A stretch of DNA of 64,000 bases. Source: Hormiphora californensis (Eukaryota; Animalia; Ctenophora). The stretch lies in NCBI GenBank assembly GCA_020137815.1, contig CM035355.1, forward strand, positions 682,001-746,000. The letters are read 5' to 3'. Positions within the stretch are counted from its first letter, which is position 1. Every line of letters begins with the position of its first letter. The notes beneath the pieces are model-generated. The model saw only the letters and a program-made list of their open reading frames with translations, had not been told where the DNA came from and ran no database searches. The position numbers and the translations under genes were made by a program. Positions 11,520-24,529 of the stretch are shown here, piece after piece.

Positions 11520-11776
11520 CCTGGCATGTAAACAGGGTGAAACCAATGTCTGAATGTAACAGGTGAACCATTCCATGGTTAAACAGGGTTGGAACCATGT
11601 CCATGTAACAAGGGGGTGAACATGTTCCATGTAAACAGGGTGGAGACCCATGTCCTGAACACGGGTGGAGACATGGCCATGGTAAAAGGGTGGAACCATG
11701 TCCATGTAAACAGGGTGGAACCATGTCCATGTAAACAGGGTGGAACCATGTCCATGTAAACAGGGTGGAACCATGA
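11520..11776. repeat. 25-bp minisatellite
   Basis: ccatgtaaacagggtggaaccatgt at 11702, 11727, 11752, with degenerate copies to the left. Confidence 0.9.
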
Positions 11777-12199
11777 AAGCACAATCGAGAATTGCAGAGA
11801 ATCAAGAACTGCTAAAAGAACGGCTACTACCTGGGCAGCTCTGGTAGGGCTCTTGTAACAAGCAATGCCGAGAACAAAGCAAGTGAGAGCCACAATTTGA
11901 ATTCGTGTGCAGTAGGTTGCAGAGTCAGAAGACGTCCTGACAGAGAGACCTAAAAAAGAAGCGAGAGCAGGGGATTCGAGAGCTATCATAGATGGAAAAT
12001 ACGAGGAGTACGAGAGACAGAGAGAGAATGATAGAGAGAGATAGCGAGACGCTCGACGATACGAGAGCGAGAGAGAGATAGAGAGAGAGAGAGAGAGAAG
12101 AGAGAGAGAAGAGAGAGAGAGAGAAGAGAAAAGAGTGTAACACGTTAGGGAAAGATGGAGAGTTATCTAAAGAGTACCGCTAAGTAAACTGTTGTCTTG

Positions 12200-13845
12200 A
12201 CAACAAGCGACTCCAGGCAAATATCAAGGTTGCCAGGGCCCGGCGGATCACATTTTCTCGAGGAGGTTCTGATCAAAATGTTGGGCCTTTTTTGCGTTGG
12301 TTAAATGCAGTATTGGTTAAATGCAGTGCTGCAGCAAGCTGGTAAAGAGAGTTGGTGTCAAGATATTCACATTAGACTATGACATTGTTTGCTATTTGTA
12401 CACAGGCATAAAAAGATAAACAGTGTTTTGAGTAAAATGAGTGTTGCGGTAAAATAAACGCTGTCCAGAAATCGTTGCTGTGAGATCTGCAATCTAAATT
12501 GCATGTAAACCACATGTGCAATTATCACCAATCACAAGGAAATCGGTCCTCTCACTCCCACAATCACACATGTATATTACACATAAGATACTGAAATAGC
12601 ACATAGTTTCCCTGGCAACTGGGTTGTCTGGGTAATTAGAATGTGATTTGAATACTGAACTAATTACCCCTAATTACCCAATTACAGTTCACTCTTTGGT
12701 CTAATGAGATGTATTGCGGCCCGGTGGGAGGCTGTTAGGGTTACTGGTTAGGCAATGAGTCCGGGTTGGGAGACGGGAGTCTTGTCACTAAGTGTACTAA
12801 CGGGGTCTGTCTACTGCCAGACTCTACCTTTTAGAAACCTAACTGTAGATTTATAGTTTACTTTCAGATTTAGAGTCCGCCTTGAATTTAGACGAAGAGT
12901 CCGTTAGAACTTAGAATTACAGACTGTAAGACATAGCTTACAATCCGCCACCCTGGGCCGGTAAATGGAGAGGCATATTATCGATACCCAATTGTTATCC
13001 AATATGCCTTGATGGGCTGTCCAGTGTCCAACTATAATAATACTGCTTAAATGTTTCGACTTTGAAAGGCTAGGCTGCTGTATGTCACATGGTACTCCGT
13101 TAGGGGAAACTCTAACTGAATGGCATCCCATTAAGGATCCAATCAACAGTAAAACTACTTACTGATATGGACCACAGTGGGAATGGTTCTTTCTCCTTAT
13201 TATCCTGTCTGCGCGCCAATCAATCAATCAATCATGGCCCGGGCATGCCCAATGTGCTACCTACAGAGAATAATATAAACAGAGAACGAACGCATCACTG
13301 TGTTCCATTATCAGTTTTACTGTTGATGTATCCCATTATGGGATCCATTATTTAGAAGTTTCCCCTATATGGCCACCGTACGCGCTGTGCACGACGTCCA
13401 ATGTTAGCAGACTGCGTCCCCACGCTGTGGGGGTGCCCAATATGACAGAGCACCACTGTGACCCACTACAGCTGCTGTCTATCATGGACTGTCCAGCTGC
13501 CCCAAACTCTGTCACAACATGAAGGTTCATCGGCGCGCACACCACGCGCGTTTGTTGTGATAAAAGTACACAATGTAAGCGTCAACCCTGACAGAATCCC
13601 GCATTTTGGGTCAATCATGACCTCCAGATTGGAACAACAAGTCGTGACTCGTGACAGCCTGCCAGCAGTCATTGACAGGACTTCGATATGTTCTCAGTTT
13701 GTCGGTTCACACCTTGACATGTTCCCAGTCTGTCGGCTCTCACACTCATCACCTACGACAGACAGTGTAGCATGATTGTGAATGAGATCGTAATTGAACG
13801 ATCCCAAAAATCAAAATGCAGGATTCAGTAACTCAGGGTCGCCAT
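12200..13845 (-). pseudogene. Ribokinase/PfkB-like gene, heavily frameshifted (probably sequencing error rather than a true pseudogene)
   Basis: ATG near 13845, then fragments CILI(L)GSFNYDL (PfkB N-terminal GSxNxDL), MTAGRLSRV, VVTEFGAAGQSMI and QLEFP in the expected order; frames break repeatedly. Confidence 0.4.
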
Positions 13846-13974
13846 TTTGAAACATTAAGAGGCATATATTTCATAACTTAATTATCAAGGTGTGTGTACA
13901 GGTACTGAATTTAAACATGTTTGTCAATAATAACCTCACGATGATCTCTATTGATGTATCTCAATCTGTCTGAA

Positions 13975-15118
13975 GGGGGGGTGACACGTAACCACACTCT
14001 GTAACACGTTGTAAACCTGTGGCAAAAACTTTTTTGTGCACGTTACATGTTACAAAGTGTTCAAAGTTGTTACATAGTGGTTACAAAGTGTTACAATAGT
14101 GTTTTACAAAGTGTTACATAGTGTTACACGTGTTACATAGTGTTACAAAGTGTTTACCTATGTTACATAGTGTTTACAACAAAGTGTTACATAGTGTTAC
14201 AAAGTGTTACTAGTGTTACATAGTGTTACAACGAGTTTACAAAGTGTTACAAAGTGTTCACAAAGTGTTTCATAGTGTCCCAAAGTGTTTACAAATTGTT
14301 TACAAAATTGTTACAAAACCACAAGGATTTTGTATCGAAGCAAATTTTCAATCTTTGACCAACAAATTGATTTTGGAAAATTTTATTCTTTTTCCACAGA
14401 AACGTTGTGTATATCATCTTATTAAGTCAAAGAATCGATTACAATGAACAAGTCGATTGGGTCACAACTCACAGGTGACTCAAGCACATTGGGGGCCTCT
14501 GCAGAAGCACAATACTTCAATATCACTCTAAAAACTTTAACGTTGTCTAAAGTTCATACTTTTTTCTACACATGGGACTATTTTCATTCAGCCCTGATTT
14601 CCACAGTCGAATGACCATCGGAGGCTCAAAACATCGCAATTAGTAAACAAGTGTATGTTTTAACCCTAGAAATGATTTAAAACTGTTAGATTGTTCTAGA
14701 AAGACCCAAAGTCGTTTCAAATACTTATTCACCAACCGTTCAATTTTGCTTCGCTACAAATCCTTGTGTTTTTTGTAACAATTTTGTAACCACTTTGTAA
14801 CAATTTTGTAACAATTTTTAACACTTTTTAACAATTTGTAACCTTGTAAAACTATGTAACACTTTGTAAACACTATGTAACACTTGTAACACTATGTAAA
14901 CACTATGGTAACACTAATGTTACCACTTTGTAAACATTTGTAACACGTTGTTACACTAGGTACCTTTGTAACACTATGTAACACTATGTAACACTTGTAA
15001 CACTTTGTAATACACTATCTCACACTTTTAACACATGTAACACTTTGTAACATGTGCAAAAACTTTTGTGCACGTACATGTTAACAAGTGGTTACAAAGT
15101 GTTACGTGTCACCCCCCC
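13975..15118. mobile_element. Non-autonomous TIR element with G-run termini, internal (TGTTACA)-type repeats and 6-bp TSD
   Basis: gggggggtgacacgtaac / gttacgtgtcaccccccc; TCTGAA at 13969-13974 and 15119-15124. Confidence 0.88.
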
Positions 15119-15473
15119 TCTGAAGGGGCCGATACTGTCAGACGATCAAAACAGGATCTGGCGCCGTCAGACGGGTTGATTATTGATACTGGGCCCTATT
15201 ATACCCGGTCATAGATAAAAACTGGGCATCAATAATATCAAGTTGTACATCTTACTAAACTCTACAACAACCCACATTCCTCTATCTCTCTCTCTATCTC
15301 TCATAAATCGACCTGTTAAAATTTGGTACAAAAGATATAATGTAATTCGAGGGACCTATATAATTCATTTGTGTTGCTTTTGCAAACACACAACATATTA
15401 TATATTATATATACACACTAATTAATAACTAATTAATAATTAATTAACTAACTATGCAGCACTTTTTATATAA

Positions 15474-18400
15474 TCATGTATACTGTGACTCTTCACCCAT
15501 TGTATGTGTCATGTCATAGGGCTTCCCATGTACCCTAAACCTGTACAAGCAGGTATAGTCTTTGTTACCGTAGTTTGACAGCACCTCTATCTTAATAAAG
15601 CGGAAATATTTCTCGTACGGATTCTGTTGTACCGCAAATGTTTCGATAGGAAATTTGGTGAACTCGTAGTTTCCCACACATGGCCTGGAAAGGGAGGAAT
15701 ATAGCAGTTTTATATAGGAGCAGTTTGTTTTATGAAGGAGCAGATCGTTTTATGAAGGAGTAATCTGTTAATATTAGTTTATTGTAAAGGATCACTAACC
15801 TTTTGGCGCATTTCCATAATCCAGACCCAGAACACGGAAATGTTTTGGGGCTGAAGAGGCATTCTTTCCAGGTGCTAGGTCCAGCGGGATGTGGTCAAGG
15901 GTGAAGTACTCCGGAAATACCTGAGAGGAATCATGGTTTATGGCCGGGTGTGTTGTTACAATGTTACAGTACACTGCAGCATGATACTGTGTGAATAATG
16001 AATCATTGATTATTGTCATGATGGGGGAGGGTGGTGAAAGTATGTGTACTATAATATCATGGTGGGGGTGGACCAGCAATCATCATTATTATTATACGCT
16101 CAGTAAGTGTGTATCAGCTCTGAGAGAACAATAATCAAGCAGCAGCAGGGGTGGAATCTTGTGACGGAATGAGTTCATGATATTGTTCCTCCCTACCCGC
16201 TGATATCAAGCATCGCACAGAGGCTTATATTTTCTTTCTCTGTTTTACAACACTATCTGATAACGATCTGTTATACTTCTAGTGTTTATAATAGACACAC
16301 CTGTTATTAGGTCTTTAATCAGCTATAATACACGGTGTCTAATGCTAAACTTAATATGGGACAGCAAATCATTGGCTGTCCCATATTGTTTATTGGCTGC
16401 CAGTGATTCACTGTGATTTACCTCAAAGAAGTCAAAAAAAAAAAAAAAAAAAAAATAATATAGTACATATTCTCTGATATAGAAAGTGTATGGTACAAGT
16501 TAGGAATCAATGAAGAAATGATGATTCGGAATGACCAGATTGACATGAATCATACTACCTGTGCGGAAAGCTGGATAGTCAGAGTTCCTCGGTCACCATA
16601 GAAACTCCAACAGTTTCCTGGGGAATTATCAGCCTGGATGGCCAGCCGGGGTGTTTTACAGCTCTTCCAGATAGAAATCCCGAACACGCCCATCCAAGGG
16701 GTGGTCCTTGGTGTATGGCTCTGTTTCCCCGATCGTAAACACGATGCCTCCTAAAGGGGGGGGGGGTGATAAGCTGCTAGGGTGCACGAAATCATTCGGT
16801 TTTACTTGATTTGAAACGGATTTACTTGATTTTTTTCATACCTGAGCTTTCCAATGCATAGTCAGGCATACCGACCCGGTCGGCAGCGAATCTATCCAGC
16901 GCCCGTTCAATCATGCCCTGTACCCCGGATCCAGAGATAGCCCCTACAGATCCCCCCAAAGCCTCCTCTTCCGCATCATCTGCATCAACCTGTGAGGGCG
17001 AGTTGAAACTGCCATACTAGCCCCAAGAATCTATTTGACAATACTCTGCCACCAAACCCCCAATATTAGTTGAAGTTAGTGACTAGTTGAAGTTAGTTAG
17101 TAGAAGGCGTAAATATTGAGCGCTAGGGAATGAATGTGAGAGCCCCTCCCCTTGATCCCTACCCGTTTAGTAAGCTCATCAACCTCCCCGTCCAAGTCCA
17201 GTAATTTCTTCTCCAGACCCTCCTGCAGGCTCTGAAGAGATGTCCTCAGCTCCTGGTTCTCCTGCTCTAGTCTTGCCAAACGTGCTACCAACTCCGCAGA
17301 TATCGCTGCCGTTATCTCCTTCCTAGGGAAAAGGGTGTGAGTTTGGAGTTCAGGTTCTCTAGTTTCAAATCTACTAACTATAACTTGGAAATTAGCATGT
17401 CCCAAAGACTAAAGTATGACTTGTTATGTTCTACCACAGTGTAGCTAGACAAAGAGTGACTATTGAGAATCACACATTTTGGGGCACTTACTCGTGTTTA
17501 GCGTGCGACTCGGAGTCCTTGGCTTCCCTCTGAAAGAGTCTGGTATGAAAAATAAGGCCGGGAATATGGCGAGAGGTAGCGAATGCTCCCTCTTTATCCA
17601 CACAATGCAGATCACAGCTACAAGCCGATACTATCTCTCCCCTCAGCACCTCACTGACAGTGAACACACATCCTTACTACCTAAATCCTTCCTTACATCT
17701 GAATAGCTGCTATCAGTTGTGTCGTATAATTCATCGGTTGTTTCGCCGGCTTCAGTGTCGATGCCGTCTCCGTCGGTTGTGTCGCCAGCTTCAGTGTCGA
17801 TGCCGTCTCCGTCGGTTGTGTCACCGGCTTCAGTGTCGATGCCGTCTCCGTCTATCGTTTCGCCAGCTTCAGTGTCGATGCCGTCCTCCGTCGGTTGTGT
17901 CGCCAGCTTCAGTGTCGATGCCGTCTCCGTCTGTCGTTTCGGTTTTTTTCGTCCATCTCCATGTCCGATGCCGTCTCCTTCGTTTGTTTCGCCACTTCAG
18001 TGTCGATGTCCAAAAACCGTCCCCCCGTCTGTGGTTTCGCCGGCTTCAGTGTCGATGCCGTCTCCGTCGGTTGTGTCGCCGGCTTCAGTGTCGATGCCGT
18101 CTCCGTCTGTGGTTTCGCCGGCTTCAGTGTCGATGCCGTCTCCGTCTGTCGTTTCGCCAGCTTCAGTGTCGATGCCGTCTCCATCGGTGGTTTCGCCGGC
18201 TTCAGTGTTGATGCCGTCTCCATCGGTGGTTTCGCCGGCTTGAGTGCCGATGCCGTCCCCGTCTGTGGTTTCGCCAGCTTCAGTGTCGATGCCGTCTCCG
18301 TCTGTCGTTTCGCCAGCTTCAGTGTCGATGCCGTCTCCATCGGTGGGGGTTTCGTCGCGGCTTCAGTGTTTGATGCGTCTCCACGGTGGTTTTCGCCGCT

Positions 18401-19500
18401 TGAGGTGCCGATGCCGTCCCCGTCTGTGGGTTTCGCCAGCTTAGTGTCAGCCGTCCTCCGTCTGTCGTTTCGCCAGCTTCATTGTCGATGCCGTCTCCGT
18501 CTGTCGTTTCGCCGGCTTCAGTGTCGATGCCGTCTGTGGTTTCGCCAGCTTCAGTGGTCGATGCCGTCTCCGTCGGTTGTTTCTCCGGCTTCATTGTCGA
18601 TGCCGTCCCGTCTTCGTTTCGTCGCCAGCTTCATTGTCGATGGCCGTCTCCGTCTGTCGTTTCGTTCGTTCGGGCCGGCTCAGTGTCGATGCCTCTCCGT
18701 CGGTTGTTTTCTCCGGGCTTCAGTGTCGAATGCCGTCTCCCGGTCGTCGTTTCGCGGTTTCAGTGTCGATGCCGTTCCGTCGGTTTGTGTCGCGGCTTCA
18801 GTGTCGATGCCGCTCCGTCTGTCCCGTTTCGCCACTTCAGTGTCGATGCCGTCTCCATCGGTGGTTTCGCCGGCTTCAGTGTCATGCGTCTCCATCGGTG
18901 GTTTCGCCGGCTTGAGTGCCGATGCCGTCCCCGTCTGTGGTTTCGCCAGCTTCAGTGTCGATGCCGTCTCCGTCTGTCGTTTCGCCAGCTTCAGTGTCGA
19001 TGCCGTCTCCGTCTGTCGTTTCGCCAGCTTCAGTGTCGATGCCGTCTCCGTCTGTGGTTTCGCCAGCTTCAGTGTCGATGCCGTCTCCATCGGTCGTCTC
19101 GCCATCCGTTGACGACGAATCAGATTCAAGGGCTTGGTCGAAAAACTCCTTGAACCTATCCCAAACGACGCTTTCCCTGTCTTGTAGAGGAACTTGTTTC
19201 AGTTCTGATTTGACCTTTTCAAACTCCTGCCAGGCCTCATCAACCTTCCCGAATTCAGACAACTCAACCTTCAACCGGTCCTTGAAAACCTTGAACTCTT
19301 TCCACGGCAACTTTACATGCTGGATGTTCCCATTATTCTTGTACCACAGCCGGAGTTTTTCCCACGCTAAATCGGGATCCTTTGCCTCTTAAAGTGAAAC
19401 CGTGCATTTCCGAAAGATACCTTGGCACTTCTCTTCTAGATCCGCGCTCTCTGCTCTCTCCTCTACTATCCTGAGCTCTCTCGCTCTCTCTATCTTCTCT
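15474..19500 (-). CDS. SUN-domain (LINC complex) protein, 5' end missing; acidic repeat exon, likely TM segment, coiled coil, C-terminal SUN domain
   Basis: SUN motifs DRVGMPDYALESSG (16841-16990), PGNCWSFYGDRGTLTIQLS (16558-16750), FTLDHIP..SSAPKHF (15800-15920), EVLSNYGNKDYTCLYRFRVHG (15474-15684); coiled coil 17163-17322; hydrophobic stretch ~17540-17625. Link to the repeat exon is inferred. Confidence 0.8.
17730..19100 (-). repeat. 39-bp coding tandem repeat (TDGDGIDTEAGET), about 35 copies
   Basis: Unit ttcagtgtcgatgccgtctccgtctgtggtttcgccagc; in frame with the helical segment WKEFKVFKDRLKVE..ESDSSS. Confidence 0.9.
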
Positions 19501-19505
19501 CTCAG

Positions 19506-21738
19506 TAAGACGCTCCGTATCTGGGAGGTAGATAGGGAGAACAGGAAGATACGACCTCAGGAATGTGATCTAGGACAACTCAAGAGGGATGTCAGATGTA
19601 TCCTTATCGATGGTGACGATGAGTATTTGTATGCTGGAACTACCTCTGGAGATATCCTTCAGGTTAGTCGATATGTCTCTGTTATATAATGGCTTATTAT
19701 TGGGTAGATTTGCAGTTCATTAGCTGTTTGTGTGTGTTCATGTTTCTAAGTTTCTAACGTTCCGATCCTCTCAGATCACGATTAGAACGCACCTCTTCAA
19801 AAACTCTGGACCCTCAAAGGACAAGTATTCTCTAGGAGTTCACTCCATGGCCATGCTAAAAGATGGCACTATCATTATTGCTACTGGTGGTGGGACTGTT
19901 GGGGCTATTAAACCGGGATCCTCTTTCAAACTGACTAAGGAGTGTGAGCTGGCTGGTGGTGCCACTAGTATTGCAGTAAGGGGAGCTGGACACCAGATAT
20001 TTGTAGGGGTCAACAAAGGAAATATCTACAGGTTAGCCGTTATTGAGTGTACCCAAAAAATAAGTTTCATATTCCAAACTTTAATATAATAATAAAGTTT
20101 TAACCCTGACTTCTCCCCAGTATAAACTTCTCTGACTTCAAGCCGGTTTGTGTGAACAGCTGCCATTACTCGGGGGTCATGGATGTTGCCTTTCCGGCGG
20201 GGGAGGGTAACTTGTTTGCCACGTGCAGCAAAGAAACCATTAGAGTTTGGGTTACTGATACAAGTTCAGAGGTATTGAGGATTAGTGTTCCTAATATGAC
20301 ATGTCATGGAGTCTGTTTCATGCAGGACGGGAGGAGTATTATTAGTGGTAAGTTGAACAACTCACTGGAACCAGATAGATTTGAGGAATTTGTTTAACAT
20401 CATTTCCATTTCAGCCTGGAATGACGGTAAAATTCGAGCCTTTAAGCCGGAATCTGGAACAGAGTTGTACACAATTCATGACGCACACAAACAGGGTGTT
20501 ACTGCTATTGCTACTACCAACGATTCTTCCAGGATAGTTAGTGGTGGAGGCGAGGGACAGGTAATATTAATTAACAAATTATTAGCAGTGATTTATTAAC
20601 TTGGATTTACAATTATACTGAGAGTGTGCGAGTTTTGGAATCTTAACATGGTTTTATTGTTCCAGGTCCGCGTATGGGACATTTCTCCGAAGCATCAGCA
20701 GATGAAGGCAGCGATGAAGGAGCATAAAGGTATGTTTTTTACTACGCATCATTGATTGATCTGAACAACCCGGTATTAAATGATGCTAGACGAATGTGCT
20801 ACACACGCAATCTCAAATTTCCTCCGAACGAACTCTGCTGAAAGTGCGTCGCACGCGCGGTTGTGTTTCATATTAAAACGCAGCATTTCAGCAGTTTGTG
20901 TGGTCATGTGACCTTGCGCGCAGCATTTCATTGGCTACTGGAACTGAGCGTGGGAAAAAAGACAAACAATATCCATTTTCCAGGTGTTGTGACTTGTATC
21001 AAGATCCGGAAAGAAAACATGGAGTGTGTCAGTGCGTCTGACGATGGAACTTGTATTATTTGGGATTTGAACCGATTTGTAAGGAACCAGATCATATTCT
21101 CTAATACACTTTTCAAGGCCGTCTGTTACGATCCTTTTGAAAGTCAACTACTGACGGGAGGAAGTGATAGGAAGGTACGTAATTAGTAGTTTGTGTTATA
21201 TCTGACTAACCCTAACTAGCTTTATCCATATAAAGCTCGTCCATATTGATTGTCCACATCTTATTCAAATATATTTTCCTTGTAGATTTCCTATTGGGAA
21301 ACACTAGATGGTTCACAAATCCGAGAGATGGAGGGAAGTGCAGATGGGAGTATTAACGGTCTAGACATTAGTGCAGATGGAAACTATTTCGTGAGCGGCG
21401 GTAATAGCCGAAAAGTTAAGGTAAACTTCATTCAATGGGCCAGTATTTTTTGAAATCGTATGACGCCCCTTCGATTCTTCTTTATTCAGAATAGTATTCT
21501 GAGTCAAATCAAAGAGAAGGTCTGATACAAACTAGAAAAAAGTATCTCCATTCTCTCCACACACACACACACACACACAATACCTTCCTAGGTCTGGAAG
21601 TATAACGAGGGTGACGTGACTCATGTTGGATTGGGCCACAGTGGCGACATAACACGGATCAAGGTGTGCCCTAATTCCAAGCATATCATTAGTGTGAGTG
21701 CAGACGGTGCCATCCTGAGGTGGAGGTACCCCTTCTGA
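19506..21738 (+). CDS. CFAP52: Cilia- and flagella-associated protein 52 (WDR16), last 8 exons; N-terminal exons not found
   Basis: Exons 19506-19662, 19775-20031, 20121-20347, 20415-20560, 20666-20729, 20984-21174, 21286-21420, 21592-21738. Motifs TLRIWEVDRENRKIRPQEC, AWNDGKIRAF, VSGGGEGQVRVW, SVSADGAILRWRYP. Confidence 0.92.
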
Positions 21739-22553
21739 GAGATTTCTACTGGACCTTATACGGAGAGAGAGAAGGGATTTTGAGAGACTTGGAGAGGGGA
21801 ATAGTGTGTATTTGGGGCTTAGCCTCTTTTTTTCAGACAGCTGAATATAATCAGATTTGTTTTCCAACTCGACTGGTTTATCCTATTATTCCTCGATATG
21901 TACACGGGTAATAGACCTTTGTAATATCGAGTTTTTCCAACCTGTTTTTCTCATTTTTCATGTGTTATAGGACCACTGTGATATTAAGAACCATGTATGT
22001 GATCACGTATATTATATTGTACATAACCTACTATTGATTGCTCATTTTAAAACACCGTGTTTTAAGATATTCTCCAAACGGGGGAACACACTTTCTCTCA
22101 AGACGTTCTATACTTTGTGTTTTTTCCCTACCATCAGAGAGATCCTAGCTTAGACTGAGGCGTCTATTTGGTGTGGTCATTATTTGGTCATTAAATGCTG
22201 ATTTAAATCTCAAAACAGAAGAGTGACTAAGAGCCCTTTGTCCAATCTCTATCGATATAACCTCTATCTTATCGCTCGAACAATAGTGCTCTGAGTCTGA
22301 ATGCAAAACTCAAAGAGGTCAGAAAAAGACCCCTTGCCCCATCGGTCCCTCTAATAATTGCGTTAAAGGGGAGCAATTCAAACGGGCCCACACCCCTCTT
22401 TTTTTAAAGACGTCCCATAGTTCCATGATGCTAGGCGCGGTTTCTTCCCACCAAAATAGTTAAATTAGAGTAATTAGTGTTCATTGTAGGACTAGGACTC
22501 TCTTCTCTCCTCTCTTGATCTTTAACAGTTACTCCACATTCTCTCCCTTCCTC

Positions 22554-22568
22554 ACACACACACACACA

Positions 22569-22657
<89 letters not shown>

Positions 22658-22680
22658 ACTCTCTCTCTCCACTCTCTCTG
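22554..22680. repeat. (CA)n(CT)n microsatellite
   Basis: Direct inspection. Similar AG/CT tracts at 12000-12140, 28205-28465, 38800-38890, 44365-44510, 46380-46530, 46990-47090, 47925-48045, 48568-48705. Confidence 0.95.
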
Positions 22681-22816
22681 ACCGCTAAAACCTCCCGAAA
22701 TGCCGGCAATAACATCACCCTGCCACGCAATAAATGGCCATTGGCTGGTGAGGCGAACTAATATAAGCGGGATCGGGGCAAGATCTCTCAGTTCTCACAC
22801 TCCATCTAATTGAAAC

Positions 22817-23393
22817 ATGTTTAAGTTTGTTGTGTTGTGCGCTGTTCTGTTAGCGGTTGTGGTTTCAGCCCTTCCTCTTGAGAATGAAGTAGCATTTGAG
22901 GGTGAGTGACTGCTGTAGTGAGCACCACTTCGGTTGTAATAGTGGGTGGGTGTGTGGCAATGGTAAAGGAATTTTTGGTATAATGCAATTGCAAGGGTAG
23001 GGGGTGATTTATTAGTTTTATTTATTAAAGCGTGGACACCTGTCTGGCGGCGCCAGGCCCCGATTTGTATCTCAAATGGGGCACTGCGCTCATATGGGGT
23101 CTGTGGCGCCAGATACATAGTGTCAGGCGCCTCCACTTAAGTATTTTATGACTGTCTATTTTCTCTAAAGTTTCTCACCCCCTTTTTTCACAGATGTGGG
23201 AAAGAGGGCAGTAAGTGGTGGCCCCAGTGGCCCCAGCAGTAGTGGTCCAAGTGGCAAAGGAGAGGTTACCGCAGCGCCCGTCACAGCCACTACAGTAATG
23301 CTATCTAGTAATTCTTACTATTCCTGGTGGTACACTTACTACGTCAACTTTACCGAGGCTGTCGAGAAAGTAAAACGTGCCCTGGGATTTTAG
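22817..23393 (+). CDS. 94-aa secreted prepropeptide (neuropeptide/effector-like precursor)
   Basis: Exon 22817-22901 MFKFVVLCAVLLAVVVSA-LPLENEVAFE; exon 23194-23393 DVGKR..SNSYYSWWYTYYVNFTEAVEKVKRALGF*; GT-AG phase-1 intron; TATAAG at ~22762 and ATTGG at ~22740. Confidence 0.8.
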
Positions 23394-24529
23394 GTAACCA
23401 TGGCAACCATGGTGGGAGGAAAGGACTACATTATCACCGTGTGGTCCTCGGAGAGTGAACCGCCGTGCAATTGAAAATGAACTGAGATTGAGAAACAGAG
23501 AGATGCTAGCGTGAAAGCTGGAAAACGGACTGCGGCATTTTGCCACTGTGATTATTTTATTGTAGTTTTATCTTTTTTACGTCCTGATGTCACCGGTTTT
23601 GAAATAAGACGTTTTTCTTAGTCAACTGCATTGCTGTGTAAAGGGCTGGGTTGTCATGTTATGGGAACTGGTCCTGAACTGGCCAACACATTGAGAGCGG
23701 TGGGCCCAACCTAATACTGTAATATACCCATACTATTCGTGCGAAGGGGGTGGTGCACAGGTCACAGGATCTGTGATCGCGTCATATTTGTGTGACATCA
23801 TACTACGTTGTATTATCAGTGTTGTGCGTCACCACTTTGAATCACCACAGACGTGTCTGAAACAGGATACTATTGTTGGAAGTGCTACCACGTGGTCTTG
23901 GAGTGCTGCTGCAGTGTGTGTTTTTCGATGTGGGACTGGCAGCCGTGGGAATAGGTCTGAAGCTGTAATGTTCTAACCCTCCTTTGAAGTATGGGCTGGT
24001 GGGGAGAGGATGTATAGTATACATTGTATAGTATGTATAGTATGTGTATTATGTATACAATGTATATACACGGATAAGGTAGAGAGGATTCTCACTCAGC
24101 TCAGCTTCTCTTGGTAAACAGTGTGGTCTCTTGTTCTAGTTTATTTGGTTTACTGCACATGGAATTGAAACTGGAAAATTGGAAAACTGAAAATATACCT
24201 GGAATAACATCTGAAATGAGACATGTGTTTTTGAGGTTAGCTGACACAACCAGCCCCACCATTACTTTTAGAGAGGGGTGTGTGTTTTAGTGACATGTTT
24301 GCACAGATCAGCGTTATCTAGTCTGCCCCATTGAATTGACAGCTGTACTAGTATACCTAGACCAAGAAGAGGATCAGACACTCTCCCAGATCCTGATCAG
24401 TAGTTTATCAGTCGCAACACCTCTAAAACATCTCCTGACCGAGACTTCTAGGAGGAATCGTCAAATTCTCCATAATCAGACAGTGACAATAAAACTTTAG
24501 GACATCTCCCACGCTGACAGAGTAACATA

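Noticed and set aside
17660-19392. Plus-strand SPSVVSPASVSMP, RRLQCRC and GFSVDAV ORFs
   Set aside because: Antisense shadows of the 39-bp repeat; only the minus acidic frame joins non-repetitive protein-like sequence
23038-23135. Short ctgtctggcgcc-ended hairpin elements (also ~15135, 26620-26775, 37380-37445, 47335-47410)
   Set aside because: Probably a decayed MITE family, but ends and TSDs could not be defined
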